Under the pieces are notes generated by a model. It ran no database searches. It was not told where the DNA came from and saw nothing but the letters and a program-made list of their open reading frames with translations. From a candidate division FCPU426 bacterium (GTDB taxonomy: Bacteria; Oederibacteriota; Muellerivitia; Muellerivitales; Muellerivitaceae), in contig CAWCKJ010000004.1 of assembly GCA_963796105.1 (NCBI GenBank), positions 1,152,001 through 1,216,000 of the forward strand: a stretch of 64,000 nucleotides of DNA. The letters are read 5' to 3'. How positions within the stretch are numbered: the first letter of the stretch is position 1; every line of letters begins with the position of its first letter. Positions 21,558-31,297 of this stretch are shown one piece after another. The translations under genes were made by a program, and so were the position numbers.

Positions 21558-21936
21558 GATACTAGTCGACACATCCCTTTGGATTGATTTTTTCCGCAGG
21601 CCGGATAATGAAACCGGCGAAAAGCTGGTCAAACAATTGAAACGCGGTTCGGTCTCCACCTGCGGGGTCATCGTATTCGAGGTTTTGCAGGGCGCGGCCG
21701 ATCAAGAGGAGCTCACTTTCCTGGAGGAGAATCTCAAGGGATTACATTTCCTCGAGGCTTATTCGGAATCGTTTTTTGAGGCCGGCCGGATTTCTTACGA
21801 GTTGCGTAAAAAAGGCGTTACTCTCCCATTGAGCGATATTTTCATAGCCACTTTGGCCATTACTAACCACCAAACCCTTTGGACCAAGGATCAACATTTC
21901 AGGAAAATAAAAGGCCTTCATTATCAATTGCCTTGA
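21547..21936 (+). CDS. vapC: PIN-domain VapC toxin
   Basis: LVDTSLWID, EVLQGA, SDIFIATLA, LWTKDQHF. Confidence 0.92.
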   Translation: MPAEILVDTSLWIDFFRRPDNETGEKLVKQLKRGSVSTCGVIVFEVLQGAADQEELTFLEENLKGLHFLEAYSESFFEAGRISYELRKKGVTLPLSDIFIATLAITNHQTLWTKDQHFRKIKGLHYQLP

Positions 21937-21953
21937 CGAATAGCGAGGCGGCT

Positions 21954-22640
21954 TTGAAAACCGAAAATAAGAAACTAAAAGTCGTCCTTTTCGGCGCGAC
22001 TGGGATGATCGGGTCGGGAGTCCTGCAATCCTGCCTAGAGGATGCGGACGTTGAAAAGATATTGGCCGTGGGACGCCAGCACTGCGGAAGGCAGGACCCC
22101 AAATTGAAAGAGATAATCCTGAAGGATTTTTCCAGTTTTGAGACAGTTGAGCCGCAACTTAGGGGTTATAACACAAGCCTCTTCGCGCTCGGGGTCTCTT
22201 CCTTTGGGATGAATGAGGCGGCCTATGGCAATATCACCTATGACTTGACCCTGACGGCAGCCGAGACCCTATTGAAACTCAATCCCAACATGAGCTTCTG
22301 CTATGTTTCCGGGCAGGGAACCGACAGCACTGAAAAAGGTTCCATCATGTGGGCCAGGGTAAAGGGGCGCATCGAGAACAAGCTTTTGTCCATGAATTTC
22401 AAGCCGGCGGTCATGTTTCGGCCCGGGGGGATCAAGCCGCTGAAGGGTGTTCGTTCCAAAACAAGGCTGTACCGTTTTTTCTACGCGCTCCTCGGCCCCT
22501 TGCTGACCCTGTTTCTTCCTGTTTTTCCAAAATACATCACCACTTCTGAAAGGCTGGGCCGGGCCATGCTGAAGGCCGCTCGCGGTCTGGCGGACAAGCC
22601 CGTGCTTGAGTCCGTCGATATCAACCGTTTGGGGATTTGA
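21954..22640 (+). CDS. NAD(P)-binding epimerase/oxidoreductase (TIP30-like)
   Basis: GATGMIG, YVSGQGTDSTEKG, WARVKG, FRPG. TTG start at 21954 after GAGG. Confidence 0.85.
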   Translation: MKTENKKLKVVLFGATGMIGSGVLQSCLEDADVEKILAVGRQHCGRQDPKLKEIILKDFSSFETVEPQLRGYNTSLFALGVSSFGMNEAAYGNITYDLTLTAAETLLKLNPNMSFCYVSGQGTDSTEKGSIMWARVKGRIENKLLSMNFKPAVMFRPGGIKPLKGVRSKTRLYRFFYALLGPLLTLFLPVFPKYITTSERLGRAMLKAARGLADKPVLESVDINRLGI

Positions 22641-22714
22641 GATCGATAGGTAATTGATGTGAATTTCGAAAAATCATTTAAGCCATTTAATATAGTTACC
22701 TGGAGAAGTAATTC

Positions 22715-22870
22715 ATGGGAAAAATCAACAAGGCTTGGCATATGAAGAATCCGATGCCCCGAAAGCCCACACTCGAAAAACGAATTGCTTGGCATAAACA
22801 ACACGCCAAGGTTTGCGGATGCAGGCCTGTTCCCGTGTCATTGAAAGCCAACTTTTCTAAAAAAGTTTAA
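22715..22870 (+). CDS. Small 51-aa hypothetical protein (below the ORF-track cutoff)
   Basis: GGAGA RBS; MGKINKAWHMKNPMPRKPTLEKRIAWHKQHAKVCGCRPVPVSLKANFSKKV with a WH...WH..H...CxC pattern. Confidence 0.7.
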   Translation: MGKINKAWHMKNPMPRKPTLEKRIAWHKQHAKVCGCRPVPVSLKANFSKKV

Positions 22871-23170
22871 ATCCTGGGAAATCTGACCCTTCGCAAGGGA
22901 AGGAGAAGCCCCCGCAAAGATGGTTCCCGGTACAATTGGGGAATAAAGGCCGAAATTTCAAAAATTCATGGAATAAAATCCGACGATATATCCACTATAT
23001 AGTGTGCCCATAAAGCGGTTGAAAGCCATATTGTCGATATTCAAGGTATGGTTTTATGGACCCTAAAATAAACATCCGCCGCCTAAAAAAACATTGAGCG
23101 CCGTGGTTTTATCCGCCGCGCGATTAAAGGCGGAATAATTTTCAACTTATTCAAACCAAAGGCGGGTTAT

Positions 23171-25057
23171 ATGTTCAAAAGCAAACCGGTTTTATCGATG
23201 ACGATCCTGGGATTGGGCGCGGCCCTGGCCCTGGCCTCCTGCTCAAAGACTTTCTACACTCCGGCTTCGCCCCTTCCTCCGGCCGTCAGCCCTACCGCCA
23301 CTTCGACAAGCTCAGTGCAGGCCACTCCTACCCTGACAATCGTCAACACGGCCGCTTTTACCCCAACGGCATCGCCCTCCGACACGCCTTCGGCCACGCA
23401 AACCCCGACGCCGACCCTCTCAACGACCCCACCCCCCCTCACTTTCACCCCAACCCTGCCCACCGTGGATACGCCCACCTTCACCCTGACGGTTGCCTTT
23501 TCCCCCACCCTGACAGATTCGGTGACGCCTACGATGACCGTTTCGGTTACGCCATCCTATACGCCGACCCTGACGCCCACTCCCACGATCACTCCGACGC
23601 CGACATTCTCAACGACCCCTTTTCCCTCTACCTTGACGCCCACCGTGACCACCACCCAGACGTTATCGGCCTTCTCCATCGTGAAAAGCCTCGTCAACAT
23701 CGAGCAATATAACGGCGGGTCCATCGCCGCAGTGACACTGCAAGTGGTGGTTTGCGACAACGGCGAGTCCGTCAACAGCGCCGTGACCTTGGCCGACACC
23801 CAGCCGGGCCCTGTCACCCTCTTACAACTCGGCTGGATCGACCCCGATGTGAACCCTTACCTCATCGAGAGCGCGACGCCCGGCTGGCCGGAGCCAGGAA
23901 ACGTCGGCGGGAACGCGGTCTGGAGCAGCTTCGCATCCTCCTCCTGCGTGACCCTTTTGGCCAGCATGTGGGACGGGAATTTACAGCAGAACCAGTGTGA
24001 GCAGGTCCCGGACACGGCCTCCCTGTCCTATGCCGGGGGTTCGGCGTCATCCAACTTGCTTTCCGTGACCCTGCCCTGCATCTCAGTGTCCCCCACCGCC
24101 ACCCCCAACCTGACTACCGTGAGCACGCCGACTTTCACCACCACAAGCTCCGCGACCCCAAGCCCCACCATGACGCCTACCGGAACTCCCACCCCCTCGT
24201 CCACAGCGACCAGTTCGCCCACCCCCACGGACACGGAAGGCCCATGCCCGATCACCGGCACCCTGAGCCTGAAGGGAAACCTGAACTCGGCCCAGCCCGC
24301 GAACCAGGCCGGGGGGATCATCGATGTCAGCGCCCTGAACCTTGCGTTATGCGCTCCCTCCAGCTTGTTTTTCAACAGCTCGAAAATGCAGTTCGTCACC
24401 TACGGGGCCTCCGGCCTCGCCATAAGCCAGGTGGCGGATTTCACCGTGCCGGCGGACACCGGGAATCCTGTCCCGAACCTGACCACGTGCCTTCTCCAGG
24501 GCGGGTGCTATCTCTCTTCTGACATCTTTTTATCCTGGCCATGGGACCAAACCACCCCGCCGCCGCCAGCGGCTTCCTGCGTTAAGACCGTCACGGACGC
24601 CGACGGTTACGAGCGGGAGATTACCTTCCAGTTTTACCAGGTCAACGACCTGGGCCAGGCCGGGGTGAATCCCAACCCTCCCCAACAGGCGGCCTGGGCC
24701 TGGTTCGCCTTCGAGACGACCGGAGGGGACGAACCTTCCCACGCCAACATGTTGGACGGGTCGTCCGTGGCGGAGGGCTATCCGGATTTTCCCTGCAGTG
24801 TGGACCGGGGAAATGCGGGTTGGATCTACGTCGGCGACTTCATCTTCTTCAACTCCGACGGGTCCCTTGCCGGGGAAGGGGGGACGGGCGGGCCCATTGG
24901 GCCAATAAGCTACCAGGAAATACCCAACCTCTACCTTCCGCCGGGGTCGGGCCCCTCCTATTCCAGGTTCGTCTTGAACTTCGGGACCGCGGGCCTCCTG
25001 GGATACGGCCAAAGGAACGGCCTTACGGGTGACTCCGCCCCCTCGTCAGTGTATTAA
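23171..25057 (+). CDS. Lipoprotein with Thr/Pro stalks and a C-terminal FlgE (FlaE/D2)-like domain
   Basis: Lipobox LASC. The C-terminal ~260 aa align by eye with the central region of FlgE at 33153-35051. Confidence 0.8.
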   Translation: MFKSKPVLSMTILGLGAALALASCSKTFYTPASPLPPAVSPTATSTSSVQATPTLTIVNTAAFTPTASPSDTPSATQTPTPTLSTTPPPLTFTPTLPTVDTPTFTLTVAFSPTLTDSVTPTMTVSVTPSYTPTLTPTPTITPTPTFSTTPFPSTLTPTVTTTQTLSAFSIVKSLVNIEQYNGGSIAAVTLQVVVCDNGESVNSAVTLADTQPGPVTLLQLGWIDPDVNPYLIESATPGWPEPGNVGGNAVWSSFASSSCVTLLASMWDGNLQQNQCEQVPDTASLSYAGGSASSNLLSVTLPCISVSPTATPNLTTVSTPTFTTTSSATPSPTMTPTGTPTPSSTATSSPTPTDTEGPCPITGTLSLKGNLNSAQPANQAGGIIDVSALNLALCAPSSLFFNSSKMQFVTYGASGLAISQVADFTVPADTGNPVPNLTTCLLQGGCYLSSDIFLSWPWDQTTPPPPAASCVKTVTDADGYEREITFQFYQVNDLGQAGVNPNPPQQAAWAWFAFETTGGDEPSHANMLDGSSVAEGYPDFPCSVDRGNAGWIYVGDFIFFNSDGSLAGEGGTGGPIGPISYQEIPNLYLPPGSGPSYSRFVLNFGTAGLLGYGQRNGLTGDSAPSSVY

Positions 25058-25375
25058 AAAGGCTTGATCGGCGCGGGTTTAGTCATTCATCGGGTCCCTT
25101 TTCTTCACCAACGTTGGTACGATCCCTTCGGGAGTTCCTCATCCCGAACCAGGCATTCCGAATTTTTCAAATTCAGGGGGTATGGTCCCGCGCTAAGCCA
25201 TTGAATGTCTCACGCCAAGGTGGTTCCCGGGATAGCCGAGGAATGAAGGTTTAAGAATCCCAAATTTCCGAGGATTTCAAGAGTTTATGGAATAAAATCC
25301 ATCATATTCACTCTATAAATAGAGGGCCTATGTTGCGATTGAAGCCGAAGCTGGCGGCATTCAAGGAATGGCAGA

Positions 25376-28300
25376 ATGAAACCTAAAATTATTATTCTCA
25401 ATCCCGGAAATTTAACCTGGGTCTTGGTTATATCCCTCGCGTTCGGATTCCTTGCCCCGGCGGTTTCAACCGCGCAGTCGCCGGTCACCCCCGTGAGGGG
25501 CGTGACCGGGGACCTTTGGGCCGACACGGTCCTGGGACAGTTGGATTTCGCCTCCATGACCGACGGGGTCATGGGCAACAAGCACTTGTGCAGGCCGGGC
25601 GGGGCTTTCATAGACCGGGTTTCCAACCCCCAGCGGCTTTACGTGTACGACGCCGGCAACAACCGAATCCTGGGATTCAGCAACATCGCAACCCTCCAAC
25701 CCAACCTGAGCGCCGCCGCGGGATATGGGGCGGACATCGTGCTGGGCCAGCCGGATTTCACGCATACTTACGCCAACGGCGATTCCCAACTCCAGGTTTT
25801 CCCGGGGTTTCCCTTCGCGGAATACCTTTCCCTGACGGACCCGCTTCCCGCTCCCACGGCCTCAAGCCTTTGTCTTTTGGACCCCAGGGTCGTCTCCCCC
25901 GGGGAATCAGGCTCCGATACCACCCTGGCCGTGGACAGCCAGGCCAACCTCTATGTCGTGGACTTTTACAACAACCGGGTGCTCCGTTATAACTCCCCGG
26001 TCACCAGCGGCGAGGCCGCCTCCTACGTTTGGGGGCAGCCCGACTTCGCGGGCTACAACCCCAACCAGGGCGGCTCACCCACCAACAGCACTCTCTGCTT
26101 CCCGAACGGGCGGGGTTTCCTGGTGGCGGGGGTCGCCATCGACAACTGGGGGAACCTCTGGGTGACGGACACGGGCAACGACCGGGTCATGAGATTTCCA
26201 AATCCCAACGCTCCCGGCCTTGGGGTCCCAGTCACAACCGCGGACATCATCCTGGGCCAAACAGGATCCCCAGCGGCGCTGGACACGGACTGGACCCGCT
26301 TTTACTATCCAGGAAGCGTAAGAGTGGATACCTACGGCAATGTTTTCGTGGCGGACGGCCCTCCTTCCGCCGCCCGATCCACCCAAGGCGGCAGGGTCTT
26401 GATCTTCGAGCCGACTGGAAACTCCAACGGGCTTCCAACTTATAACAGCGGTGAAACGGCTAGCGGCTGGATCACCTACGGGTTAAGCTGGCCGACGGGC
26501 CTGGAATTCGACGCCTCCGGGAACCTTTGGGTCAACGATACATTGGACCAGATTCTCCAGTACACGTTGAACTACTCGACGAGCCCCCCCACGGCTACGG
26601 CGCAAAAATTGCTCCTGCTCGCCCAGGTTAACACCGGCAGTAATTTTGCCGATCCCACCAGCGCCGACGGCCCCGATTTCAGCAATTACGCCTATCCCCC
26701 GGGAAGCACACTGCAGGCTTGGGCCCCTGAGGGTTTCCACGAGAATTGGGGGGGGCTGGGAGTGGACCAGGCCGGCGATGTCTGGGTATCTTTCATTAAC
26801 GTCATGGTTGACGTGCTGCGTTACCCGGTGCCTATCCCCAATATCGGAGCTCTTCCCGCTGGGGAGGCCCACGCCCCGGACGTCTCGGTTTTCAAGCCGC
26901 CCCTCAATCCCGCGGTAAGCGGCTACAATCCCATCACGACCAACTCGGTGAGCGGTCTCGGGCTGGCTGTCGGTTACTCCTCATCCGTCACACAGTTGAT
27001 CGCCACGGACAACCACCGGATGACCTATTGGAACCTGGATTACACCAATCCGCCCTCCCTGGGGCTCACCAACGGGAAGAACGCCGACGGATTCGCGGGT
27101 ACGACTTCCTCGGTCGTGAATTTCCCAGCGGGGCAGGAGTTCGGGCGCATCTGGACGGACCAGGCCTCACCCCAGCCCCACGTATGGGTAGTCCGGGGAT
27201 GGGGAGGTTATTCCCAAATCGTAGAGGTTTACAACCTTCCCTTGACCCCCTGGGCCACGGCCGCCGCCACAGTAACGGGGCCCTTTCCAGTGTTTGGGAA
27301 GGGGACCACCTTTACCTACGGGCAAAGGCTGGACGGAATCGCCACGGATCCGACCGGGAGCTACCTTTGGCTGTCGGATACGAACAATAACAGGGTTTTC
27401 CGCCTTCGGAATCCCTTGTCCTCTCCCCAGGTCGATATCATCCTTGGGCAAACCAGCGCTTCAACCACACTGGTCAACCAGGGCGGCACACTCGGCGCGA
27501 AGACCCTTAATCAGCCCGGCGCGGTGGCCTTCGACCACCACGGTAACTTTTACGTCTCGGATTTCTCCCTGGAGGCCAATGGGAACGGCAGGCTCCTGCA
27601 GTTCAGCGCGTCCTCGGTCCAAAACAACGGTACGGCATGCCTATTCGACCCAGCCGCATCCAACGTTTACGCGGAAAACGGGAACCTCAGCGGCAGCTGC
27701 GCCAATTTCGGCAATCCCAGCCTGAGCCCCTGCGGCCCCTGGGAACCGGCATTCCGCTCGGACGACAACGTGATGGTGGTAGGCACCATGGGCTACACGG
27801 GCTCCCGGTGGCCCGTCGTATTCTACTACCCCTTGCTGAATTTCAATTCCCCCACGACCTTCATGAACGATTTCCAATCCATGGGCGGCTACTCACAGGC
27901 TTTCGACAGCCAGGATAACCTGTTCCTCGCGGACCCCGACCGGGAGCACGTCCTGGTCTACTGGAAACCCTTCGCGGCGGAATTACCCGCCACGGCAACA
28001 CCTACCCCGACGCCCTGCGCCTGCCCCGTCACCCAACTGGTTTACGGGACAAACGGGTCCGGGACGGGAAATGGGGTTGTCAACGGCGCGGGCCAGATCG
28101 CCCTCGGCACGACGAACGGCGTCGAGTACCTTTACATCTGCGACATCAACAACAGCCGGGTCGAGCAGTACAACGCCTCGACCGGGGCCTGGGTGGCGAA
28201 CCTGAGGGGGGCCGGGGCGGACAATCCCTACGGCGGGATGTCCAACCCCTATGGCTGCGCGCTCAGCCCCGACGGGCACTACCTGTTCGTGGGCAACACC

Positions 28301-29614
28301 AACGGGGGCAACGTGGTGAAGCTGGACATGACCAGCGCCGGGGCGCCCGTGACCGCGTTCGGCGTGGTCCACCCCGTGCGTATGGCCGCGGACGCCTCGG
28401 GGGGAGTGTACGTCACCGATGATTACACGGTGAAAAAGTTCGTGGAAGGCGCCCCTAACCAATACAGTTGCGTGGCCACCCTGGGCACCCCCAACGTGTC
28501 GGGGACGGGCGCCACGCTTTTCAACAAGCCCTATAACGTCCTGCCGGAGGGAAACGACCTCATCATCGCCGACAACTCGAACGCCCGCATCGTCCGTTGG
28601 ACGACCACCGACGGGGTCCATTACGCCTACGCTAACACGCTTTACACCTCCACGACCGGGGCCGCTTTCGACCAGATGGCGTTGGAACCGGGAACTAACC
28701 ATGTCCATGTGGGGAGCGATTACGCCGGTTATTTCATATTCGACCAATCCACGACGCCTTGGACGCTGTTGTTCCAATGCAATCCAAGCGGGAGCGGGAA
28801 CAGCACCGGCGGGGTGGCGGTGGATTCGAACTGGCTCTATGTCTCGACCGCCCCGGCCAATCCCGCGGGAAGGTACCAGAAGCCCCAGTTGGCATGCTTC
28901 ACGCCCGTCACGCTTCCCACCAACTCACCCACGCCAAACCTGTCCTTGACCCCGACCAATAGCCCGACCGCCTCACCTACCCAGTCAGCCACTCCCACCC
29001 ATACGGCCACTCCAAGTCCGACTCCCACGGTCACTTTGACCTCCACGGGAACCCCTACTCAAAGCCCGACAGGAACCCTGTCGCCATCGAATACCCCGAC
29101 GGATACCCCCATATTGACGATGACGCCTACACCCTCGGATACAGGCACATCCACCGCGACTCCAACCCCTACTCCGACCTTTTCTTTCACGTCCACATCC
29201 ACACCTAGTCCCACTAATACACCAACCCCAACGGATACTTGGACGGCGACGTCCACGAATACATTGACCCCTACCGCGTCCCCTACTGAGACCTTCACCC
29301 CCACTTTCTCTTCCACGCCGGCCGCGACGGGTGTGGTCATCGGACCGCCCTTTCCCAACCCCGCCGGTCCCGGGCCCCTCACCATCCCATTGCTGGCGCC
29401 AACCGGCTCGACGGTGGAATGGAGCGTTTTCACCACGGCTTTCCGCAAGATCCTGGACGTGACCCAACCCATCCAGGGCGGTCCCGCGGCCCTGGCCTGG
29501 AAGCTGGAAGACGCCTGGGGGAAACCGGTCGCCGACGGTCTTTATTACCTGAGGGTCCAAGTGACAGGCCCGGTCAAGGCCTCCAGGATTCTCAAGGTCC
29601 TGGTGACCCGTTAA
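25376..29614 (+). CDS. Large secreted NHL/beta-propeller protein with Thr/Pro stalk and C-terminal sorting-like domain
   Basis: Signal peptide; ADIVLGQPDF / D..NNRVLR NHL-type repeats; ends PFPNP...FTTAFRKI...VADGLYYL...LKVLVTR. Confidence 0.85.
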   Translation: MKPKIIILNPGNLTWVLVISLAFGFLAPAVSTAQSPVTPVRGVTGDLWADTVLGQLDFASMTDGVMGNKHLCRPGGAFIDRVSNPQRLYVYDAGNNRILGFSNIATLQPNLSAAAGYGADIVLGQPDFTHTYANGDSQLQVFPGFPFAEYLSLTDPLPAPTASSLCLLDPRVVSPGESGSDTTLAVDSQANLYVVDFYNNRVLRYNSPVTSGEAASYVWGQPDFAGYNPNQGGSPTNSTLCFPNGRGFLVAGVAIDNWGNLWVTDTGNDRVMRFPNPNAPGLGVPVTTADIILGQTGSPAALDTDWTRFYYPGSVRVDTYGNVFVADGPPSAARSTQGGRVLIFEPTGNSNGLPTYNSGETASGWITYGLSWPTGLEFDASGNLWVNDTLDQILQYTLNYSTSPPTATAQKLLLLAQVNTGSNFADPTSADGPDFSNYAYPPGSTLQAWAPEGFHENWGGLGVDQAGDVWVSFINVMVDVLRYPVPIPNIGALPAGEAHAPDVSVFKPPLNPAVSGYNPITTNSVSGLGLAVGYSSSVTQLIATDNHRMTYWNLDYTNPPSLGLTNGKNADGFAGTTSSVVNFPAGQEFGRIWTDQASPQPHVWVVRGWGGYSQIVEVYNLPLTPWATAAATVTGPFPVFGKGTTFTYGQRLDGIATDPTGSYLWLSDTNNNRVFRLRNPLSSPQVDIILGQTSASTTLVNQGGTLGAKTLNQPGAVAFDHHGNFYVSDFSLEANGNGRLLQFSASSVQNNGTACLFDPAASNVYAENGNLSGSCANFGNPSLSPCGPWEPAFRSDDNVMVVGTMGYTGSRWPVVFYYPLLNFNSPTTFMNDFQSMGGYSQAFDSQDNLFLADPDREHVLVYWKPFAAELPATATPTPTPCACPVTQLVYGTNGSGTGNGVVNGAGQIALGTTNGVEYLYICDINNSRVEQYNASTGAWVANLRGAGADNPYGGMSNPYGCALSPDGHYLFVGNTNGGNVVKLDMTSAGAPVTAFGVVHPVRMAADASGGVYVTDDYTVKKFVEGAPNQYSCVATLGTPNVSGTGATLFNKPYNVLPEGNDLIIADNSNARIVRWTTTDGVHYAYANTLYTSTTGAAFDQMALEPGTNHVHVGSDYAGYFIFDQSTTPWTLLFQCNPSGSGNSTGGVAVDSNWLYVSTAPANPAGRYQKPQLACFTPVTLPTNSPTPNLSLTPTNSPTASPTQSATPTHTATPSPTPTVTLTSTGTPTQSPTGTLSPSNTPTDTPILTMTPTPSDTGTSTATPTPTPTFSFTSTSTPSPTNTPTPTDTWTATSTNTLTPTASPTETFTPTFSSTPAATGVVIGPPFPNPAGPGPLTIPLLAPTGSTVEWSVFTTAFRKILDVTQPIQGGPAALAWKLEDAWGKPVADGLYYLRVQVTGPVKASRILKVLVTR

Positions 29615-29944
29615 AAAATCGCCTTGGGGCGAAACCTCACCCCATGGCCGCTTGGCATTAACAACCCGCCAAGGTCCGCCATAGTTTCCTTAAAACACCA
29701 CCACAAGAATTTTGGTTTTAATTGATTGGCTTTGAATGCGCAGAAGTATAATTAATTAGTTTAGAATCGCTAACAAATTACTGATTTAGGATAATGTTGC
29801 TTCCCGCTACAAGTTGAGGTGTTTTAATTTCCTGTGGTTAAGGGGTATTTCATCTCTGTGCCTTTGTGCGCTGCCTTTGGCAGCCTGTGGTGAAAGCCTT
29901 TTTGTTGTGAGTTTTTTATAGGAATCATCTGAAAGGGGAAAAAT

Positions 29945-30466
29945 ATGGAATTTTTCGAAACTGTCAAAAAAAGAAGGTCCATTCGCACCTACCTGCCCAA
30001 GCAAGTCGAGAACGAAAAACTGGAAAAAATCCTGGCGGCCGCCAACCAGGCGCCCTCGGCCGGGGACACCCAGGGCTATGAGATGATCGTCGTGGAGGAC
30101 GCCTATCTCCTGGACCAGTTGTGGAAGACCGTTCCGGACCAGACCTTCGTAAAGCCAGCCCCCTTGGCGGTGGTTTTCTGCGCGAACGAGAAGAGAAGCT
30201 CGGAAAAACACTTAGCGCGCGGGAAAAACTTGTACTGCATCCAGGACGCGACCATTGCCGCGGCCTATGCCCAGCTGGCCGCGGCGGACATGGGATTGGG
30301 AACCGTTTGGGTGGGTTCCTTCAACGAGGAAGAGGTCCGCAAGATCATCGAGGCGCCGGAATACCTCCGGCCGGTGGCCGTCATTCCCTTGGGTTATATC
30401 GGCGGGGACCCGCCCCCGACCTCGCGCCGGGCGCTGTCTGACATCGTCCACAGGGATAAGTTTTAG
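29945..30466 (+). CDS. Nitroreductase family protein
   Basis: KRRSIRTY, APSAG, LAAADMGLGTVWVG, PVAVIPLGY. Confidence 0.92.
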   Translation: MEFFETVKKRRSIRTYLPKQVENEKLEKILAAANQAPSAGDTQGYEMIVVEDAYLLDQLWKTVPDQTFVKPAPLAVVFCANEKRSSEKHLARGKNLYCIQDATIAAAYAQLAAADMGLGTVWVGSFNEEEVRKIIEAPEYLRPVAVIPLGYIGGDPPPTSRRALSDIVHRDKF

Positions 30467-30574
30467 TTTTTCCGGGAACCCGATTCTTTCAGCCGGATTA
30501 AAATCTCAAGGGATATTTTTGTCCCACGGCTTCGGGTCAAGGCTTTTGGCTGGAAATCCCCTGAAGGAGAAACA

Positions 30575-31252
30575 ATGCCGCAGGAAATACAAACCATCGA
30601 CTTGGGCATGGTGAATTGCTACCTGGTGAAAACAGACCGGGGTTTTATCCTCATCGACACTGGCATGGCGTCCCACCGCCCCGCGGTGGAGAAAGCCCTG
30701 GTGGAGGCGGGCTGCGCCGAGGGAGGCCTTAAGCTGGTCATCCTCACGCACGGGGACATCGACCATTCCGGCAACTGCGCTTACCTTCAGAGGAAATACA
30801 ACGCGAAAATCGCCATGCACCCAGGCGACGCGGATATGTGCTCCAGCGGTCAAATGAAGATGGACCGAAAGATCACCTCCTTTTTCCATAAAATTTTTAT
30901 GACGATCATGTTCAAGCTTTTCATCGGGCGCTATTTGAGGAAGAACCCCTATGAGATTTTCAAGCCGGATCTCTTGCTGGAAGACGGGCGGTATTTGGGC
31001 GATTTCGGCTTTGACGCCAAGGTGATCCACGTGCCGGGGCACACCAAGGGCTCGATCGTGGTCTTGACCCCGGACGGAAAGCTCCTTTGCGGGGACATCC
31101 TCCAGAACCGGAAAAAACCCGACGTGACCTTTATCGTGGAAAACGAGGCTGAATTGGCGTCCAGCGTCGAGAAGCTCAAGAAGCTTAAAATCGAGGCCGT
31201 GTATCCGGGCCATGGAAAAATGTTCCGGATGGCCGAGTTCGCCAAAAATTAA
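30575..31252 (+). CDS. MBL-fold metallo-hydrolase
   Basis: LIDTG, THGDIDHSG, PGHTKGS, GD, YPGHG. Confidence 0.92.
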   Translation: MPQEIQTIDLGMVNCYLVKTDRGFILIDTGMASHRPAVEKALVEAGCAEGGLKLVILTHGDIDHSGNCAYLQRKYNAKIAMHPGDADMCSSGQMKMDRKITSFFHKIFMTIMFKLFIGRYLRKNPYEIFKPDLLLEDGRYLGDFGFDAKVIHVPGHTKGSIVVLTPDGKLLCGDILQNRKKPDVTFIVENEAELASSVEKLKKLKIEAVYPGHGKMFRMAEFAKN

Positions 31253-31297
31253 TGGGCTTCATGGGATTAAGAAACAAAATTACGCTTTAACACTGAA

